Positions 35,666 through 44,613 of a stretch of 64,000 bases of DNA are shown here, one piece after another. The notes beneath the pieces were generated by a model. It was not told the DNA's origin, ran no database searches, and was given only the letters and a program-made list of their open reading frames with translations. Both the position numbers and the translations under genes were made by a program. How positions within the stretch are numbered: the first letter of the stretch is position 1; every line of letters starts with the position of its first letter. The stretch is from the IMG/VR virus record IMGVR_UViG_3300015264_000026; one strand, written 5' to 3'. The stretch comes from an uncultured virus (IMG/VR IMGVR_UViG_3300015264_000026) (Duplodnaviria > Heunggongvirae > Uroviricota > Caudoviricetes).

Positions 35666-36253
35666 ATGGCCAACACTCTAGCGACGTTCGGCTTTCGGCA
35701 TATCGGATTTACGTCCGGGGCCGGTCCAGACTATCAGCTCGCGACGCGGCTGATTTCCTCCGCAAATACCACGAAGATTTACCGTGGCGATCCGGTCAAC
35801 AAAATTACCGCTACTGGATACATCAAACAAGCCGCAGCGGGAGCAACCCAGCCCCTAGAGGGGATTTTTGATGGGTGCGTTTATATCCCAGTCGGCGGCG
35901 GAACGCCTCAATGGTCGCCATTCTGGCCCGGCTCGGCCGCATCTGATGCCACGGCCTACATCATTAATGCGCCAAACGCATTGTTTCTTGCTGCCGCTCT
36001 CAGCACGTCTCTAACTAACTCTGCCATTGATTCAAATGTTGATTTCAACATCGGCACCGGATCAATTGTTGGCGGTGGTTTTTCTGGCGCCACAATTGAG
36101 CAGACGACATTGGCCGCGACCACAACCCTGCCATTCCAAGTTTACAATCTCTATCAGGGCATAGGAAACGGCTCGGATTCAACGACGCCATTCGGATGGG
36201 CGGTCGTTACCTTCAACAACCAGCGATTCAAGACGCAGACGGGATTCCCGTAG
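35666..36253 (+). CDS. Putative capsid decoration/cement protein
   Basis: MANTLATFGFR...IYRGDPV...GIFDGCVY; directly before major capsid. Confidence 0.75.
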   Translation: MANTLATFGFRHIGFTSGAGPDYQLATRLISSANTTKIYRGDPVNKITATGYIKQAAAGATQPLEGIFDGCVYIPVGGGTPQWSPFWPGSAASDATAYIINAPNALFLAAALSTSLTNSAIDSNVDFNIGTGSIVGGGFSGATIEQTTLAATTTLPFQVYNLYQGIGNGSDSTTPFGWAVVTFNNQRFKTQTGFP

Positions 36254-36304
36254 TCTGGTGACGGTTATTGAGCAAATTTTCTCCGCTTAGGAAAGATACA
36301 ATAA

Positions 36305-37219
36305 ATGCCCGTAGCCCTCGCTAGTATCCGATCTGAGCTTCTGCCCGGACTGTTCGATGTCCGTGGCAGCTACGACATGATTCCCAGACAATGGGACAAG
36401 GTCTTCAAGACGCACAAATCGGCCATGGCGGTCGAGCGCTCGACTCAAATGGCATTTGTCGCGCTGCCATTCCTCAAAGATGAGGGTGCGGCAACTCAAT
36501 TCGACAACAATGCCGGCGAGCGCTTCACGTGGGCATTTGTGCATATCGAAGTTGCCCTCGGATACGCGATCACCCGTAAGGCGATCGATGACAATCTGTA
36601 CAAGGCTCAGTTCAATCCGACCAATCTGAAGCTGCAAGAGGCGTTTGCCCAGTTCAAGGAAATCCAGGGAGCCAACGTTTTCAATCTGGGAAACGTCTAC
36701 AATTCCAGCCAGATCGGCGACGGCAAGGCTCTGTTCGCTACGGATCATCCGTTCGATGGCGGGACATGGGCGAACACTTCGAGCACGCCGAAGTCACTGA
36801 ATGAATCGTCCTTGCTGGCGAACATGACCAACGTTCGAACTCAGTTCGTGAACGAGCGCGGTCTTCGTATTCTGTCCCGCGCCCGCAGATTGGTTGTGCC
36901 GACTGCACTTGAGGCGGTTGCTATCCGCCTGATGAAGACGGAGCTTCGTCCCGGTACGGCAATGAACGATGTCAACGCCATCCTCACGCTGTCAGGAGGA
37001 TTGCCGGAAGGCCATTTGGTGATGGACTTCCTGACCAGCAACTTCGCGTGGTTCCTCACCACGAATATTGAGGGCTTCATCCACATGTTGCGCATTCCGT
37101 ATGAATCGGACATGTGGGTTGACAACGTTACTGACAACTTGCTGGTTAAGGCTTATGAGCGGTACTCATTCGGCTACAACGACCCCCGCGCAGGATGGGG
37201 GGAGTTTCCAACCTCTTGA
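36305..37219 (+). CDS. Major capsid protein
   Basis: 304 aa; ELLPGL, KDEGAA, ALGYAITRKAIDDNLY, GDGKALFATDHP, RLVVP, ERYSFGYNDPR. Confidence 0.92.
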   Translation: MPVALASIRSELLPGLFDVRGSYDMIPRQWDKVFKTHKSAMAVERSTQMAFVALPFLKDEGAATQFDNNAGERFTWAFVHIEVALGYAITRKAIDDNLYKAQFNPTNLKLQEAFAQFKEIQGANVFNLGNVYNSSQIGDGKALFATDHPFDGGTWANTSSTPKSLNESSLLANMTNVRTQFVNERGLRILSRARRLVVPTALEAVAIRLMKTELRPGTAMNDVNAILTLSGGLPEGHLVMDFLTSNFAWFLTTNIEGFIHMLRIPYESDMWVDNVTDNLLVKAYERYSFGYNDPRAGWGEFPTS

Positions 37220-37370
37220 TTTTGTTGCATTATTTTCAATACCTGAAATTCAGAAGGAAATGATGCATCGAAAATTGACAACCATCCTGTTTTGTTAAGG
37301 TGTAAATCTAACGGTCGTCATGGCCACCGAAGACTAGGGACGGTATCCCTGTTTAAAGAAGGAATGAGTT

Positions 37371-38339
37371 ATGGCGACGCCGGGATACAACACCGCAGGC
37401 AACAACGTTTCCGGCCAGTTCGGAATGCCGCTGTATGGCATTGCAGCCATGCTGCCGTTTCGGGGCAATTACTTCTGGGTTGACGAGGTCAACGGAAGCG
37501 ATGGCAATACCGGAGGTCCGCAGGACCCATTTGCCACGCTCACGCAGGCGTTGAGCAAATGCACCGCGAACAATGACGATGTTGTTTTTGTGGCTGGCAC
37601 CATCCATCTGACGGTCTCTTTGGCATGGAGCAAGTCCCGCACCCATATGATCGGCCTCAATGGTGGAGGTGCACCTGGACCATCATTGCTGACCGTGTCG
37701 AATGTCGCGGCAACCACGGGTGCCTTTAGCCCGCTGGTCAATGTGACTGGGGCCGGGTGTACTTTCCAGAATATTTCGGCCCTTAGCGGCATCGCCCAAG
37801 CGGCTGCGCAGGTTTGTTGGGCTGAGGCCGGCGGAAACAACGACTACATTGCATGTTCCTTCAGTCAGGTCGGTAATGCGACGGCTGCGGCACATGCCGG
37901 CAATCGCGCGCTCACCTTGGCTAGCGCCAACAATTCATTCAGCCGATGTATCATTGGCGGGGACGCAATCGTTCGCGCCACGGGTACCAACTTTACGATG
38001 GAAATGCTGGCCGGGGCCGGGTCTTCCACATTCGTCAGTTGCTATTTTGTGATGTGGTCCAGCGTTGCCGCGTCCGCGCAAATCAATGCGGCTACCGTAA
38101 CCTGCACTGGCTATTTCATCTTTGATGATTGCCTGTTCATCAACGATATGGGCAACGCTGGCGCGGTGGCGAGCACCCTTCCGCTTACGATCAGTGCCAC
38201 GGCTGGTGCTGTCTTTGTGCTAGCATCCTCAACTTCCGTGGTTGGTGTTGCTGGCAAGGTGGCTACCACTGGCCAACTCGTGTTCATTACATCGGCGCCA
38301 ACGGCTGCAAACGGCAACGTAGCGTCCACTACAACCTAA
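37371..38339 (+). CDS. Putative structural protein, beta-helix-like
   Basis: YFWVD...GSDGNTG...PFATL.QAL..C.....DVVFV..G, a parallel beta-helix N-cap pattern. Confidence 0.7.
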   Translation: MATPGYNTAGNNVSGQFGMPLYGIAAMLPFRGNYFWVDEVNGSDGNTGGPQDPFATLTQALSKCTANNDDVVFVAGTIHLTVSLAWSKSRTHMIGLNGGGAPGPSLLTVSNVAATTGAFSPLVNVTGAGCTFQNISALSGIAQAAAQVCWAEAGGNNDYIACSFSQVGNATAAAHAGNRALTLASANNSFSRCIIGGDAIVRATGTNFTMEMLAGAGSSTFVSCYFVMWSSVAASAQINAATVTCTGYFIFDDCLFINDMGNAGAVASTLPLTISATAGAVFVLASSTSVVGVAGKVATTGQLVFITSAPTAANGNVASTTT

Positions 38340-38370
38340 GTATCTCGCGCCGAGAGAAGGAAAACAGAAG

Positions 38371-38601
38371 ATGTCCCGATCGCGTCATGCCAAGGGTGGC
38401 CGTGTTGGAATGGTCGTATCCGGCAACCCGGATGTTCTTGAAGAAGCCCACGAGAAGCACAAGAAGGGCGGCCGAGTGAAGAAGGATATGCAGGCCGAAG
38501 GCGGCAAGTCCAAGCATCGCATGGATCGGCCGAAAAGGGCGTCCGGTGGTCGCGTCGGATCGGACAAGCAGCCATTTTCGAGTGCTCACAAGGGCGGCTG
38601 A
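38371..38601 (+). CDS. Small basic protein with xxGGRV repeats
   Basis: AKGGRV, KKGGRV, ASGGRV; block shared with 29801 protein. Confidence 0.8.
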   Translation: MSRSRHAKGGRVGMVVSGNPDVLEEAHEKHKKGGRVKKDMQAEGGKSKHRMDRPKRASGGRVGSDKQPFSSAHKGG

Positions 38602-38790
38602 TGGCAAAGATGACGGCAGGAGCGCGTGATGCGTTACCAGCAAAGGAATTTGCGGGACCGAACCGCAGTTTTCCGATCAATGACCGCCAGAAACGCCATG
38701 GCTAGGGCCAGTCAGTTTCATCCGGAGTTGAAGGCCGAAATACGCGCTAAAGTTCACCGCAAGTTTCCTGATATCAAGCTGGACGACTAG
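38601..38790 (+). pseudogene. Small basic phage protein, frameshifted near 38685
   Basis: MAKMTAGARDALPAKEFAGPNRSFPIND stops at 38705; +1 frame continues ARNAMARASQFHPELKAEIRAKVHRKFPDI to 38790. Confidence 0.7.
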
Positions 38791-38811
38791 CGGTCTGGAG
38801 AGAGGACCGCA

Positions 38812-39138
38812 ATGGCACTTATACATGAAGTCGTTTACACAACCACCGGCACCAAGGACTCGGTCAATCTCGATCCATCCATCACGCCGTTCAATGTGAA
38901 CGTTGCGTTTACGCTGGTCACGGGTCCGGTTTCATATAAATTGCAGTATAGCTTGTCGGATTGTAATATTTCCGACGCTAATGCGATTTGGTTTGACAGC
39001 ACCGATTTTCCAGCGGCAACCGCTGCAAGCAAAGTGGCACCGATTACCGCACCGGTGACCAGAGTTCGCACCATCATCGCAACTCTCACCGCTGGATCTT
39101 TGACCCTGCAAACACTACAGGGCTGGACAACGAATTAG
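38812..39138 (+). CDS. Small beta-rich structural protein
   Basis: RBS GAGGA; YKLQYSL...W...PVTRVR. Confidence 0.75.
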   Translation: MALIHEVVYTTTGTKDSVNLDPSITPFNVNVAFTLVTGPVSYKLQYSLSDCNISDANAIWFDSTDFPAATAASKVAPITAPVTRVRTIIATLTAGSLTLQTLQGWTTN

Positions 39139-39147
39139 GATGACAAA

Positions 39148-39456
39148 ATGTCTCTTTTTGTAAAATCGCTCAGCGCAACAACGTCAACAGGTCTCGGTGC
39201 AGCCATATACGCGGATTCGCCAAAGACTACTGCATCGCTCCAAGTTTCATATACTGGTAATCCAGATGTCGTCACAGTGGTTGTTGAGGCTACGTTGGAT
39301 GGGGTGCATTGGAAGCCATTTGGCGGTGGCAATGCTGACACAGATGGTGAACTTTATGGCTTTGAAATCCCTCCATTCATTGGGCTTAGAGCCAATCTCA
39401 CCGTCTTGTCTGGTGGCACGAGCCCTACTGTTACTGCGTGGATCGCGGCGGCTTAA
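39148..39456 (+). CDS. Small beta-rich structural protein
   Basis: VVVEATLDGVHW...LRANLTVLSG. Confidence 0.75.
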   Translation: MSLFVKSLSATTSTGLGAAIYADSPKTTASLQVSYTGNPDVVTVVVEATLDGVHWKPFGGGNADTDGELYGFEIPPFIGLRANLTVLSGGTSPTVTAWIAAA

Positions 39457-39468
39457 GAGAGGTTCAAC

Positions 39469-40164
39469 ATCTCCAGTTCAGGCACCTATGATTTTACACT
39501 CACCACTGGCCAGAGTGTTCTAACCGCCTTTCGCCGGGTGCGGGTCTTTGCGCCGTCTCTACGTCAAGAACATATGGTCTCGGCTCGCGAGGAGATGAAT
39601 CTGCTGTTTGTCGAGTGGTCCAACAAGCAGGTGAACCTTTTCAAGGTGGAATTGATATCCGTCGCGTTGGTTACAACCGTGCCCACCTACACCGTGCCGC
39701 TGAGAGTTGTGATGGTCTTGGATGCCTATATCAGTCGAAATTCCGGCACTCAGCAACAGACAAATCTCGTCATCAGCCCGCTTTCTCGTTCCGAGTTCGC
39801 GTCATTGGCCAATCCGCAAAACACAGGCCAGCCATCCCAATTCTGGTTCGATCGGTTGATTGCTCCTACGATCACGATGTATCCGGTACCGGACGGCAAT
39901 GGGCCGTATGTCCTCAATTACTACGCATGTACCCAGATGCAGGACGCCAATCTGCCCGGAGGCGAGACGCCAGATATCCCATATCGATGGTATGATGCTT
40001 TTGTGGCCGGTCTCGCCCATCGATTATCCAGAATTTACGCTCCAGAATTGGAGGACAAGAGAGAAAAGAATGCTATGGATGCTTGGAAGATCGCAGCTAC
40101 GCAGGATACTGAAAACGTAGGTTTGTCGCTCTCGCCAAGCTTGCAGACCTACTACAGGAGATAA
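39469..40164 (+). CDS. Head-completion/adaptor protein, probable ATC start
   Basis: RBS GAGAGG then ATC-SSSGTYDF in frame; MNLLFVEWSN, GQPSQFWFDR, DIPYRWYDAFVAGLA. Confidence 0.8.
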   Translation: MSSSGTYDFTLTTGQSVLTAFRRVRVFAPSLRQEHMVSAREEMNLLFVEWSNKQVNLFKVELISVALVTTVPTYTVPLRVVMVLDAYISRNSGTQQQTNLVISPLSRSEFASLANPQNTGQPSQFWFDRLIAPTITMYPVPDGNGPYVLNYYACTQMQDANLPGGETPDIPYRWYDAFVAGLAHRLSRIYAPELEDKREKNAMDAWKIAATQDTENVGLSLSPSLQTYYRR

Positions 40165-40169
40165 GATCG

Positions 40170-40544
40170 ATGGCATGGCGACCTCATCCCAAGCACGCGC
40201 GAACCAATCCACGGTCACCCAGGAGTTGGGCAACCGATATGCGCAGCGGCTTTGTCGTGAATACAGAGGATATGCAGGCCCAGAGTGAATGGCGCGGATT
40301 CCGCCTGATGCCAACGGGCACGCTGACGATCTCTCGATTTCTCGACAAGCCGCAACGTCAGCTAGGCGCGATCGTCCTGCCTCCTGATCCTGTCGGATTG
40401 ATGAATGCGAGGCCCGAACAATACCCCGTCGATGAGATTTGGCCCAGGCTTTTACAGCGTGGACAACCGCGCTATTTGCAGCGCTCATCTTGTTCACGAT
40501 CACTACAGCAATCCGTCTATTTCACCACACAGACGGATTATTGA
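40170..40544 (+). CDS. Conserved virion-module protein
   Basis: PRSWATDMRSGF...LDKPQRQL...PPDPV...NARPE. Confidence 0.75.
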   Translation: MAWRPHPKHARTNPRSPRSWATDMRSGFVVNTEDMQAQSEWRGFRLMPTGTLTISRFLDKPQRQLGAIVLPPDPVGLMNARPEQYPVDEIWPRLLQRGQPRYLQRSSCSRSLQQSVYFTTQTDY

Positions 40545-41041
40545 TGGTATTCAACCCGGCCCAGAACCCACTTCTCAATGACTTTCAGGGCGGTCAGATG
40601 ACCGATCTCCCGCTGTTTCCCGGCGGAACGGTGGATTTGACGGCCTTGTTTGAGGTGGTGTCTCCAGGCAACCAAGCTAACGGCGTAAACTACGCGATCA
40701 CAGCGGCCAATCTCGCATTGCTCATCGCGGGGGCACTTTATCTGACCCCGACATTCGTTACTTCCGGCGCGTCGTATTCCTCGGTTCGGACTGACACCCG
40801 CATTCTGGTCAATAAAACGATCGGGTCCGCTACGTCGATTGTGTTGGGAGACGCGACGCTTTATTCCTTGCCCGTTCTGGTCAAGGACTTGAAGGGCGAT
40901 GCGGATTCCCATCCAATCACAGTTACCTTTACCGGTGGCCAAAGGCTGGATGGATTGTCGCAGATCGTCATCAATAATCCATTCGGCTACTTCTGGTTTA
41001 ATCCTCTTGCATCGAGTGCATGGTATGACGCGGCTTATTAG
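40544..41041 (+). CDS. Hypothetical tail/fibre-associated protein
   Basis: TGATG overlap; VKDLKGDA..HPIT....Q.LDG. Confidence 0.75.
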   Translation: MVFNPAQNPLLNDFQGGQMTDLPLFPGGTVDLTALFEVVSPGNQANGVNYAITAANLALLIAGALYLTPTFVTSGASYSSVRTDTRILVNKTIGSATSIVLGDATLYSLPVLVKDLKGDADSHPITVTFTGGQRLDGLSQIVINNPFGYFWFNPLASSAWYDAAY

Positions 41042-43883
41042 CATATTTGGCTTGTTATTGGCCTTGGGAGGCTCGGCGGCTGCGCAATCGGGCTGCGGTG
41101 GGCAATTCGGTGATGGAAAGTTTTGCGGCAACGTCAGTGGTGCCCCGGGCCTTCCGGGGCCAGTCCTCATCCCCGCTGGGGGGACTACTCCTATCGGGGC
41201 TCTCACCGTATTGGGCAACCCGACCGGGTCATCCGCGCTCCCTGTTGCAACGTCGGCACCAATTCTCGGAACTTCAATAACGACACCCATTCTTGGTGCA
41301 TCCGGCCCGCTTACATTCCAAAGCAATGGTTCTGTTCTTGGTGGAAAACTGATTTCAGGCCAATGGGCGCTTGGTGCCAATGCAGCGCCAGCATCTGGAC
41401 CACTGTTGACCCTGAATCAAAACTCAGCAACGCCGACTGCATTTTCTGGTCTTACGCCAAATTTACATACCGTTTCCGCCAATGGTGTTATCGGCGGGAT
41501 CTCGGTTGATACTTTTGCAAATCAAAGCATCATTATTGCTAGATTGGCCGGGAATACACAGGCGTCCAAGACGGCAGTTGGCGCTGCTAACACCATTCTA
41601 AGCATTGGTGGGCAGGCGTATGATGGCACCACATTTTCATCGGGCACTGCGATCGACTTCAACACGTTCAACGCACAGACTGGGTCCGATCATAGCGGAT
41701 ATATCGCCCTTAGGACTGTTGCAGGAACCACGACCAGCCTTAGCGAAAAAGTCAGATTGAGCGCGGCCGGTGGATTTTCGGTCAGCACAACACCATTGGA
41801 TGAGCCTGCGGGCGTCATCAATGCCCTCAACGGGTATCGGGTTGGCGATGCGGCCACGTCAGGCAATGTGCTTCGCGGCAATGGAACGAACTTCGTCAGC
41901 GCGACGCTTGCTTGTTCCGATTTGTCCGGAGGGTGCCCCATAGTCTCAGGCACCACCAATCAGGTTGCTTTTTATAGTGCTGCAAACGCTCTGAGCGGAT
42001 CTACATTTGCTTCGCAGGGGACTACCCCGGCGGCTCTGGGTGGGGCGTTGGTTGGCTTCACCGTTCAGCCATTCCCATCGACCAACAATAAAGTTGGCAT
42101 GGTACTTGGGCAAGGCACCGGAAACGGCGGCTCGCTCACGTTCTTTGCAACAAATGGAACCAGCGCTAGCCCAACGGCCATTATTGCCAATCAGGAGATT
42201 GGCATTGTCCAAGCACTTGGATGGACAGGTAGCGCCTTCGGTCCTCCCGGCGGAAATACTGAGGTTACCTTCATTGCTACAGAAGGATGGACGCCAACGG
42301 CGAATGGTTCGTCCATTTTATTTCAGGCAACGCCAAACGGATCAAACATCGGCGTTGGCGAAGTCTGCATCGGTGACGGAATCGTATCCGGCATCATTGT
42401 TGGTTCTTGTCCGAAGGGTCTTGGGCGAGGCACAGTCAATGCGACCGCTGGCATTTTCGACAATAGCAATCGAGTATTTTCCGCTGGTAACTTGGTTCCC
42501 ATAGCAACTGGCGTGTCAGGGCTGGGAAGCAATGTCGCGTCGGCTCTGCAAAATACATTGAATGCATCTAGTGGGCTGGTCTCATTCAGCGGCGTCCTGG
42601 GCACACCGCAATCAGGCACAGCCACGAACTTGACCGGGACCGCCGCTGGCCTCACGGCTGGCACGGTAACGACCAACGCGAACCTGACTGGAGCGGTGAC
42701 CTCCGTTGGCAACGCGGCATCGCTGGGATCATTCTCATCGGCCAATCTTTTAACGGCATTGACCGATGAGACCGGGAGTGGCGTGGCTGTGTTCGGTACC
42801 AGCCCAATCTTGAACACGGTTGACGCCCGTGGTGTATGGACGGCTGGCGCTACTTGGACGCTCCCCGCGCACACGCTGGGAGGGACTGTTTCGGGTGGTG
42901 GCAACCAAATCAACAATGTCATCATCGGGACCACGACGCCCCTCGCGGGCAGTTTCACAACGCTGACGACATCAACATCGGAGACCGTTCCGCTCATAGC
43001 CGGCGGCACCGGAGCAGCGTCTACATTGACGATAGAGAGCACGTCAGGTGCAGGCACTACAGATGCGATCCTCTTTAAAACCGGAAGTCAGGTCGAGCGC
43101 GGCCGTATAACAAATGGCGGATTCTTCGGAATTGGCTTCACCGGTACGGCCAAGACATTCCTGGATGTTAACGCCAGTAGTGGATCGTCTCCTGCCCTAG
43201 TGGTTGCTACTAGTCTCGCACGTATGCAGTCGGCGGATGCTACCGCCGGAGGTCAGGAATGGCTGTCTTACGGTTCCACGACGGGAAATGTGCTTTCCGG
43301 GGCTTCCGCCGGTGGCACCTCAGCCTCTCCTACCGCTACGCCGGGTAACACGGCATTATTCAATCTTCGCGGCTACGGCCATAACGGTACGTCGTTTCAA
43401 TCGGGCGCGATCATTATTATGAAGTCCAATAGCCTTTGGTCTGGCACCAACCAAGCGACCGCGATTGATTTTTACACAACGCCAACAACATCAACGACCG
43501 TTACCCTCGGGATGACGTTGCAGCCGAGCGGTGGCCTCGCGATCGGAGGCGGCGGGGGCAATGATCCCGGAATCGGGGGGATTGCTATAACGGGTGCCGT
43601 TCAAGCGCGAGGCACGTCCCCAGTCGGGACTACGGGGAGCTGCGTTGCCTCCAGCTTTACTGGAGGTGCCACGGCAGGCAAGTTCGCGGCGGCGGTTTGT
43701 GCTGCTGGTACAATCATCTTGTCATCGCTGCCCACGGCACCAAATGGCTACACCTGCAATGCGCAGGATCAGACAACTCCAGCGGATACCTTGAAGCAAA
43801 CCGCCAATACAGCAACTTCCGCCACTTTCACCGCAACAACCGTTGCCGCCGATGTGGTTGCATTTAGCTGCATGGCTTGGTGA
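41025..43883 (+). CDS. Large Gly/Thr-rich fibre-like protein with signal-peptide-like N-terminus
   Basis: 952 aa; three GTxASPTA-type repeats; starts MTRLISIFGLLLALGGSAAA-Q. Confidence 0.8.
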   Translation: MTRLISIFGLLLALGGSAAAQSGCGGQFGDGKFCGNVSGAPGLPGPVLIPAGGTTPIGALTVLGNPTGSSALPVATSAPILGTSITTPILGASGPLTFQSNGSVLGGKLISGQWALGANAAPASGPLLTLNQNSATPTAFSGLTPNLHTVSANGVIGGISVDTFANQSIIIARLAGNTQASKTAVGAANTILSIGGQAYDGTTFSSGTAIDFNTFNAQTGSDHSGYIALRTVAGTTTSLSEKVRLSAAGGFSVSTTPLDEPAGVINALNGYRVGDAATSGNVLRGNGTNFVSATLACSDLSGGCPIVSGTTNQVAFYSAANALSGSTFASQGTTPAALGGALVGFTVQPFPSTNNKVGMVLGQGTGNGGSLTFFATNGTSASPTAIIANQEIGIVQALGWTGSAFGPPGGNTEVTFIATEGWTPTANGSSILFQATPNGSNIGVGEVCIGDGIVSGIIVGSCPKGLGRGTVNATAGIFDNSNRVFSAGNLVPIATGVSGLGSNVASALQNTLNASSGLVSFSGVLGTPQSGTATNLTGTAAGLTAGTVTTNANLTGAVTSVGNAASLGSFSSANLLTALTDETGSGVAVFGTSPILNTVDARGVWTAGATWTLPAHTLGGTVSGGGNQINNVIIGTTTPLAGSFTTLTTSTSETVPLIAGGTGAASTLTIESTSGAGTTDAILFKTGSQVERGRITNGGFFGIGFTGTAKTFLDVNASSGSSPALVVATSLARMQSADATAGGQEWLSYGSTTGNVLSGASAGGTSASPTATPGNTALFNLRGYGHNGTSFQSGAIIIMKSNSLWSGTNQATAIDFYTTPTTSTTVTLGMTLQPSGGLAIGGGGGNDPGIGGIAITGAVQARGTSPVGTTGSCVASSFTGGATAGKFAAAVCAAGTIILSSLPTAPNGYTCNAQDQTTPADTLKQTANTATSATFTATTVAADVVAFSCMAW

Positions 43884-43886
43884 TAC

Positions 43887-44609
43887 ATGAGCCTGACCTA
43901 CGCCACATTCACCACCTCTCTAGCTAACTTCTTGGTGGTGCCCGTCGGTGACCCCAACTACATTTCGGCGCTGCCAAACATCATCGATGACGCAGAGCAG
44001 ATGACGTATCGCGATCTTGACTTGCTCAACACGATATATCGGGATTCGTCAGTGGCATTGGTGGCTGGAAATCGTAACTTCACAGAAGCTACCAGCACGA
44101 CCAACGGGCCATTCTTGGTAACGCAGGAATTGAATGTCATATCTCCTGCAGGCACCTTCGATCCAGAGTTGGGAACACGCAATCCGCTCCTGCCTTCTAC
44201 AAAGGAAGTGCTGGATTTTCTTTATCCGAACGCTACGGGCTCTGGCGTGCCGCAATACTTCGCTCCCATCAATCAGAATTCATTCATTGTCGGGCCTTGG
44301 CCGGATGCGGCCTACACGGTTGAGGTGGTGGGCACGCAACGTCCTGCGCCACTGTCTGCGTCAAACACGACAACCCTGCTATCGACATACTTCCCGGATG
44401 TATTTTTGAATGCGGCACTCGTTATGGGAGCTGGCTTCTTGAAAAACTTTGGTGCCGCAACCGACGATCCGCAATCCGGCGTGTCATGGCAGATAAAGTA
44501 TGATAGGTCACTGAAGTCCGCCTCAACCGAGGAAGCGAGAAAGAAATTTCAAGCCCAAGGGTGGAGCGAACTGAGCACTGGGCCAGAGGCCACGCCATCG
44601 AGGACATAG
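43887..44609 (+). CDS. Head-tail adaptor-like protein
   Basis: LTYAT....ANFL...IIDDAE...RDL, GVPQYF, VGPWPD..YTVE, TLLS.YFPD. Confidence 0.8.
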   Translation: MSLTYATFTTSLANFLVVPVGDPNYISALPNIIDDAEQMTYRDLDLLNTIYRDSSVALVAGNRNFTEATSTTNGPFLVTQELNVISPAGTFDPELGTRNPLLPSTKEVLDFLYPNATGSGVPQYFAPINQNSFIVGPWPDAAYTVEVVGTQRPAPLSASNTTTLLSTYFPDVFLNAALVMGAGFLKNFGAATDDPQSGVSWQIKYDRSLKSASTEEARKKFQAQGWSELSTGPEATPSRT

Positions 44610-44613
44610 ACAG

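Noticed and set aside
40899..41024. Longer 994-aa start for the fibre-like protein
   Set aside because: Overlaps the upstream gene by over 140 nt and reads as non-protein-like; ATG 41025 fits better.
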